Virus record (IMG/VR): IMGVR_UViG_3300008085_000094
Coordinates: 1 to 29,147 of that record
Source: a virus
Lineage: Duplodnaviria > Caudoviricetes
DNA: 29,147 nt
Strand: one strand, 5' to 3'
This document shows, piece by piece, positions 25,864-29,147 of the stretch (positions are counted from its first letter, which is position 1; each line of letters starts with the position of its first letter). Under the pieces are notes generated by a model, which was not told the origin of the DNA, did not search any database, and saw nothing but the letters and a program-made list of their open reading frames with translations. Made by a program: the position numbers and the translations under genes.

Positions 25864-26702
25864 TGAAAAGACCTATTGTTATTTATCATGGCGGATGTTC
25901 AGATGGAGTAGCTGCAGCCTGGTGCTTCTTTAAGATTTACGGATCAATGTACGAATATCATCCAGGCGTATTCAATGAGACACCTCCTGATGTTGAGAAT
26001 CGGACAGTTTTCTTGGTAGACTTCTCATACGATTATGAAACAATGCGTACCATATGTGAGCAAGCCAATAAAGTAGTGCTAATTGATCATCATAAAAGGT
26101 CATTGGAGATCGCAGAAAAAGTTAAATCAGAATATTCAAACTTGGACACTGACAGTAGCTCAACAGAGCATAGCGGCGCTATTCTTGCATGGAATTATTT
26201 GAATGGTAGCTTTATGATTGTTCCAATGCCTAAACTCTTCAAGTACATAGAGGATAGAGACCTGTGGTCATTCAAGCTTGAAAAGACGCAAGCAGTTATG
26301 TCAGCAGTAAGATCTTACGAAACAGATATACTCATATATAACTTCCTATTTGAGAAAGAGATATCAGAGCTATATGAAGAAGGTTTAGTCCTACAAAGAG
26401 CCGAAAAGAAAATTATAAAGCAGTTAGTAAGTGGTTCCACTGTTCAGTGTAGTATACTAGGCTACACAGTCCCTGTAGCAAACGCTCCAGGTATATATAC
26501 CTCAGAAGTAGGCAATATATTATGTAAAGGGTACCCTTTTGCAATTGTTTATTTCGATTTTGGTGGCGAGAAACATATCTCGCTAAGATCTGATAAGCAA
26601 GGTATAGATGTATCAGAAGTAGCAGCGGTTTATGGGGGAGGAGGTCACCCTCATGCAGCAGGTTTTAAACTGAGTATGAAAGAGGCAAAAACTATTTTAT
26701 AG
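25854..26702 (+). CDS. DHH/DHHA1 family phosphoesterase
   Basis: YHGGCSDG, VDFS, IDHHK, HSGA, EDRDLW, SLRS, GGGGHPHAAGF. Confidence 0.93.
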   Translation: MQVMKRPIVIYHGGCSDGVAAAWCFFKIYGSMYEYHPGVFNETPPDVENRTVFLVDFSYDYETMRTICEQANKVVLIDHHKRSLEIAEKVKSEYSNLDTDSSSTEHSGAILAWNYLNGSFMIVPMPKLFKYIEDRDLWSFKLEKTQAVMSAVRSYETDILIYNFLFEKEISELYEEGLVLQRAEKKIIKQLVSGSTVQCSILGYTVPVANAPGIYTSEVGNILCKGYPFAIVYFDFGGEKHISLRSDKQGIDVSEVAAVYGGGGHPHAAGFKLSMKEAKTIL

Positions 26703-26710
26703 ATAACCCA

Positions 26711-26869
26711 AGTCACTTCTAGGCGCCCCGAGGCGCATCGCGAGTCCGCCCATGTCCTATCGTATACGAGCTCCACCAAAATCCCACAGAGATGCCACCA
26801 TAAGTCACCTGCGGCAAACTAGCACCGTAGGGTACCGAGATTTCAGAGCTAGACTGTTAAATTAACCCA
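26711..26869. promoter_or_regulatory. GC-rich intergenic block with bipartite repeated motif, copy 2
   Basis: About 58% GC by hand count over 26711-26840; CCGTAGGGTACC at 26825 and CTGTTAAATTAACCCA at 26854. Confidence 0.55.
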
Positions 26870-26924
26870 TATTATCTCACTCGCATTTAGCGGGTATTAT
26901 CAAAATTCAATAAGGATATAAAAC

Positions 26925-27494
26925 ATGTCACAAATCAAACAAGTCTTCAGCGCCAATGGTCAAATATTCGAGTCTAAAGCAGAAGCAGTAGATTTTCTCC
27001 GACGCCCCCTCATCATTGAGGCTTTGAGGGACATCACTGTATCCAAAGATATTATTGACTGGCTTTTGAATAACCAAGAGCTTGTAGAATTGGCATTCGA
27101 AAGTGGTACGATCAAGCGTGTAACTAAGGCAGAACGAAAGAAGCTTGATTTGGCACTGGAAGTATTGAAGACTATTGATGAGCCTAAGCTTGATTTTCTT
27201 CAGACAAATGCAGACGCAATCGCTGAGTCTTTCCGTTGGCCTTCAGTTAAGCGTATGACTGAGCCAGAGAAACTTATTTGTGCAAAGAATACCCTGATGG
27301 GTGAAGCAGAAGACGAAAAATTCGTAGACTGGATCCTTGAAAATAAATTGGCAATTCTTGAAGCGTATAAGGCAGGGATTGTTAAACGAGCAGTACATCC
27401 GAAAGCAGCAGAAGCACTGGCTGCATATCGTGAAAAGATGGCTAAAGAAAAAGCAGAAAGAGAAGCTGCTGCAGAGGAAACACCAGCAGAATAA
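26925..27494 (+). CDS. Hypothetical protein, own transcription unit
   Basis: TAAGGA RBS; flanked by a regulatory block and a hairpin; Arg codons are CGN, unlike AGA/AGG-rich neighbours. Confidence 0.85.
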   Translation: MSQIKQVFSANGQIFESKAEAVDFLRRPLIIEALRDITVSKDIIDWLLNNQELVELAFESGTIKRVTKAERKKLDLALEVLKTIDEPKLDFLQTNADAIAESFRWPSVKRMTEPEKLICAKNTLMGEAEDEKFVDWILENKLAILEAYKAGIVKRAVHPKAAEALAAYREKMAKEKAEREAAAEETPAE

Positions 27495-27539
27495 AATTAT
27501 AAAATAGAAACACCAGCAGAATAAAATTATAAAATAGAA
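27477..27539. repeat. Perfect 30-bp tandem duplication spanning a stop codon
   Basis: GAAACACCAGCAGAATAAAATTATAAAATA x2 plus GAA. Confidence 0.95.
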
Positions 27540-27567
27540 GTTGTAGTTTACAAATTATAGCAGTATA

Positions 27568-27595
27568 AGCCCCACTCATACCCTTGAGTGGGGCT
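27568..27595 (+). terminator. Hairpin, 11-bp perfect stem
   Basis: AGCCCCACTCA-TACCCT-TGAGTGGGGCT; no U tract. Confidence 0.65.
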
Positions 27596-27617
27596 AAAAT
27601 ATTAAAGGAGAAGCAAA

Positions 27618-27802
27618 ATGATAGCAGGAACTTTATTTTTTTCGGTTTGATTGTTGCTAATTTAGATGATACTATAGTAAGAGGACAGGTATGTACTACA
27701 TCAGAGTTATCTCAGCTAATTAGATTAGAGATACCTGAAGAGAAGATCGACGAAATATGTGGTTACGTAATAAAGGCCACCAAAAAGAAGGTGATGAAAT
27801 GA
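27618..27802 (+). pseudogene. Small gene frameshifted in a T7 run (27636-27642)
   Basis: AAGGAG RBS and ATG 27618; one extra T would give MIAGTLFFFGLIVANLDD... ending in an ATGA overlap. Confidence 0.6.
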
Positions 27803-28113
27803 AGCTATTAGCAAGAGATAGACTAGAGGCTTCCATTCAGTATTGGGAGAAAATTCTACTAGGCAAAGTCCCTATTGGTGGTCCAGCAGCATGTGCTCTA
27901 TGTATCGAGTATAATAAGACTGGCATGTATTGCGACGGTTGTCCAGTCAAAGAGGCTACGGGGAGGGCATTTTGTGAGGACACACCATATGAAATGATTG
28001 TTAAGATTGAGAAGGCAAGAGATAACTGCTGGGGAAGAGAGATCTTTATCTCTGATAGACTTGTTTACCCTATTTACAAAGAGCTAGAATTCTTAAGGAG
28101 TTTAAGACCATGA
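27799..28113 (+). CDS. Cys-cluster protein, paralog A
   Basis: SIQYWE...CALC-x9-CDGCPV...FCEDTPY...ELEFLR. Confidence 0.8.
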   Translation: MKLLARDRLEASIQYWEKILLGKVPIGGPAACALCIEYNKTGMYCDGCPVKEATGRAFCEDTPYEMIVKIEKARDNCWGREIFISDRLVYPIYKELEFLRSLRP

Positions 28114-28493
28114 AAGTTGAAATGAACCGCTCAGGCGCAGCAGAGAAGTTAGCTATGTACCGTTATGAGGCAGCAAAGAGGGAAATAGCAATTAAACGAA
28201 AAATAGCTGATAAAGCTTTGCAAGATTCAATATACCATTGGGAGATGATATTGCTTGGTCGTGAGGTATCCAATGGCAGGGAGAATTGTCCACTTTGTAA
28301 GGTATTCTATGGTAATGCGGAATGTCGGGAGTGCCCGATAGCTATACACACAGGAAAGCCATATTGCAGGAATACACCTTATACAGATTTCTCAAGTGGG
28401 AAAGTAAACAAAAATAATATAGTGTATGTTTATCAAGAATTGGAATTTCTAAGGATGGTGAAGAATGCCAGAGCCTGTGCTAATCAAATGTAA
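28110..28493 (+). CDS. Cys-cluster protein, paralog B
   Basis: SIYHWE...CPLC-x8-CRECPI...YCRNTPY...ELEFLR. Confidence 0.8.
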   Translation: MKVEMNRSGAAEKLAMYRYEAAKREIAIKRKIADKALQDSIYHWEMILLGREVSNGRENCPLCKVFYGNAECRECPIAIHTGKPYCRNTPYTDFSSGKVNKNNIVYVYQELEFLRMVKNARACANQM

Positions 28494-28662
28494 CAGTTGT
28501 AACAAGTTAATAGATAATTCTCCAATAGAAAAATGTAATATCATGAAGGTTAGTGGAATAGATGGAAAAATATTTCAAATAAGGTTACAAAGTAAAGAGA
28601 GACATTGTAAGCTATGTCTTGTAAAAATGTTTGCTAAAAACTTTGAGTACAAAGGACTATAA
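28465..28662 (+). CDS. Zn-ribbon hypothetical protein
   Basis: CNSC...HCKLC. Confidence 0.65.
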   Translation: MPEPVLIKCNSCNKLIDNSPIEKCNIMKVSGIDGKIFQIRLQSKERHCKLCLVKMFAKNFEYKGL

Positions 28663-28663
28663 C

Positions 28664-29014
28664 ATGTTTGAAAGAGAAGGTTATAAGGTAATACGAGATG
28701 CAAAAGGCTACTCTGTGCTTCACAATGGCAAGTTCTGGAGATCCTTAACTAATGATAAATTAGCATTGATCATGCTTGATGAGATTATGTTTCTGAAAAA
28801 GGCGCTTGATGATGCCGACGATTACCAAGTAGAGTTAAACGAGCATATAGAGGATTTAGAGGAAGAGAGAGAGAACCTGAATATATCAGCAGATGGCGAG
28901 ATCGATTCACTCAAGTGTAGAATAGATTCACTGGAGGAGGAGATATCAGAAGCCCAAGATATGATCTCAAACTTAGAGGATGAGCTATATGAATGCGAAA
29001 GAAATCAAGATTAA
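28664..29014 (+). CDS. Acidic coiled-coil protein
   Basis: AAGGA RBS before ATG 28664; heptad-patterned Glu/Asp-rich C-terminus. Confidence 0.75.
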   Translation: MFEREGYKVIRDAKGYSVLHNGKFWRSLTNDKLALIMLDEIMFLKKALDDADDYQVELNEHIEDLEEERENLNISADGEIDSLKCRIDSLEEEISEAQDMISNLEDELYECERNQD

Positions 29015-29147
29015 AGACGGTTGGATTGCTCAAGATGCAGATGGGAAACAATTATGGAGCCTCAGTTGTTAATAGTAAGTATAGCAGTGTTGCAATTTAA
29101 AGATGATGATTACTTCTTAGATTATGATACACCTATTACAGATGATA
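28989..29147 (+). pseudogene. Frameshifted paralog of 22724-23119, truncated by the window
   Basis: GWIAQDADGKQ resembles SWVAEDANGKQ; the expected EP motif (EPQL) continues in another frame. Confidence 0.5.

Noticed and set aside
27477-27539. CRISPR array
   Set aside because: Two abutting copies with no spacer.
1-29147. Genome-wide stop-codon reassignment (TGA=Trp or TAG=Gln)
   Set aside because: Long core genes have no internal TGA or TAG, Trp is encoded by TGG, and both codons end genes cleanly (RNAP and DNA polymerase end in TGA; DHH gene ends in TAG).

Overview
A 29 kb segment of a dsDNA tailed phage genome; all credible genes lie on the + strand. It begins with the end of a tail-fibre gene, a decayed intramolecular-chaperone relic and a small Cys/His-Asp protein. 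A ~480 bp non-coding region follows, with a hairpin, a GC-rich pairable block, C-run microrepeats and promoter-like motifs; it may be the genome terminus. Next come a lysozyme, small early and membrane genes, and a radical SAM-nucleotidyltransferase fusion. The core module has a 746-aa T7-type single-subunit RNA polymerase, SSB, family A DNA polymerase, 5'-3' exonuclease, primase-helicase, class II ribonucleotide reductase, ATP-dependent DNA ligase, a second nucleotidyltransferase and a DHH phosphoesterase. The most unusual items are the radical SAM-NTase fusion, a ~165-nt tRNA-like RNA whose anticodon/variable region is replaced by a ~115-nt structured insert, two distant intergenic regions sharing the same motif set, and several small genes broken by a single stop or frameshift while core genes are intact. 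All calls come from reading motifs by eye; no searches were run.
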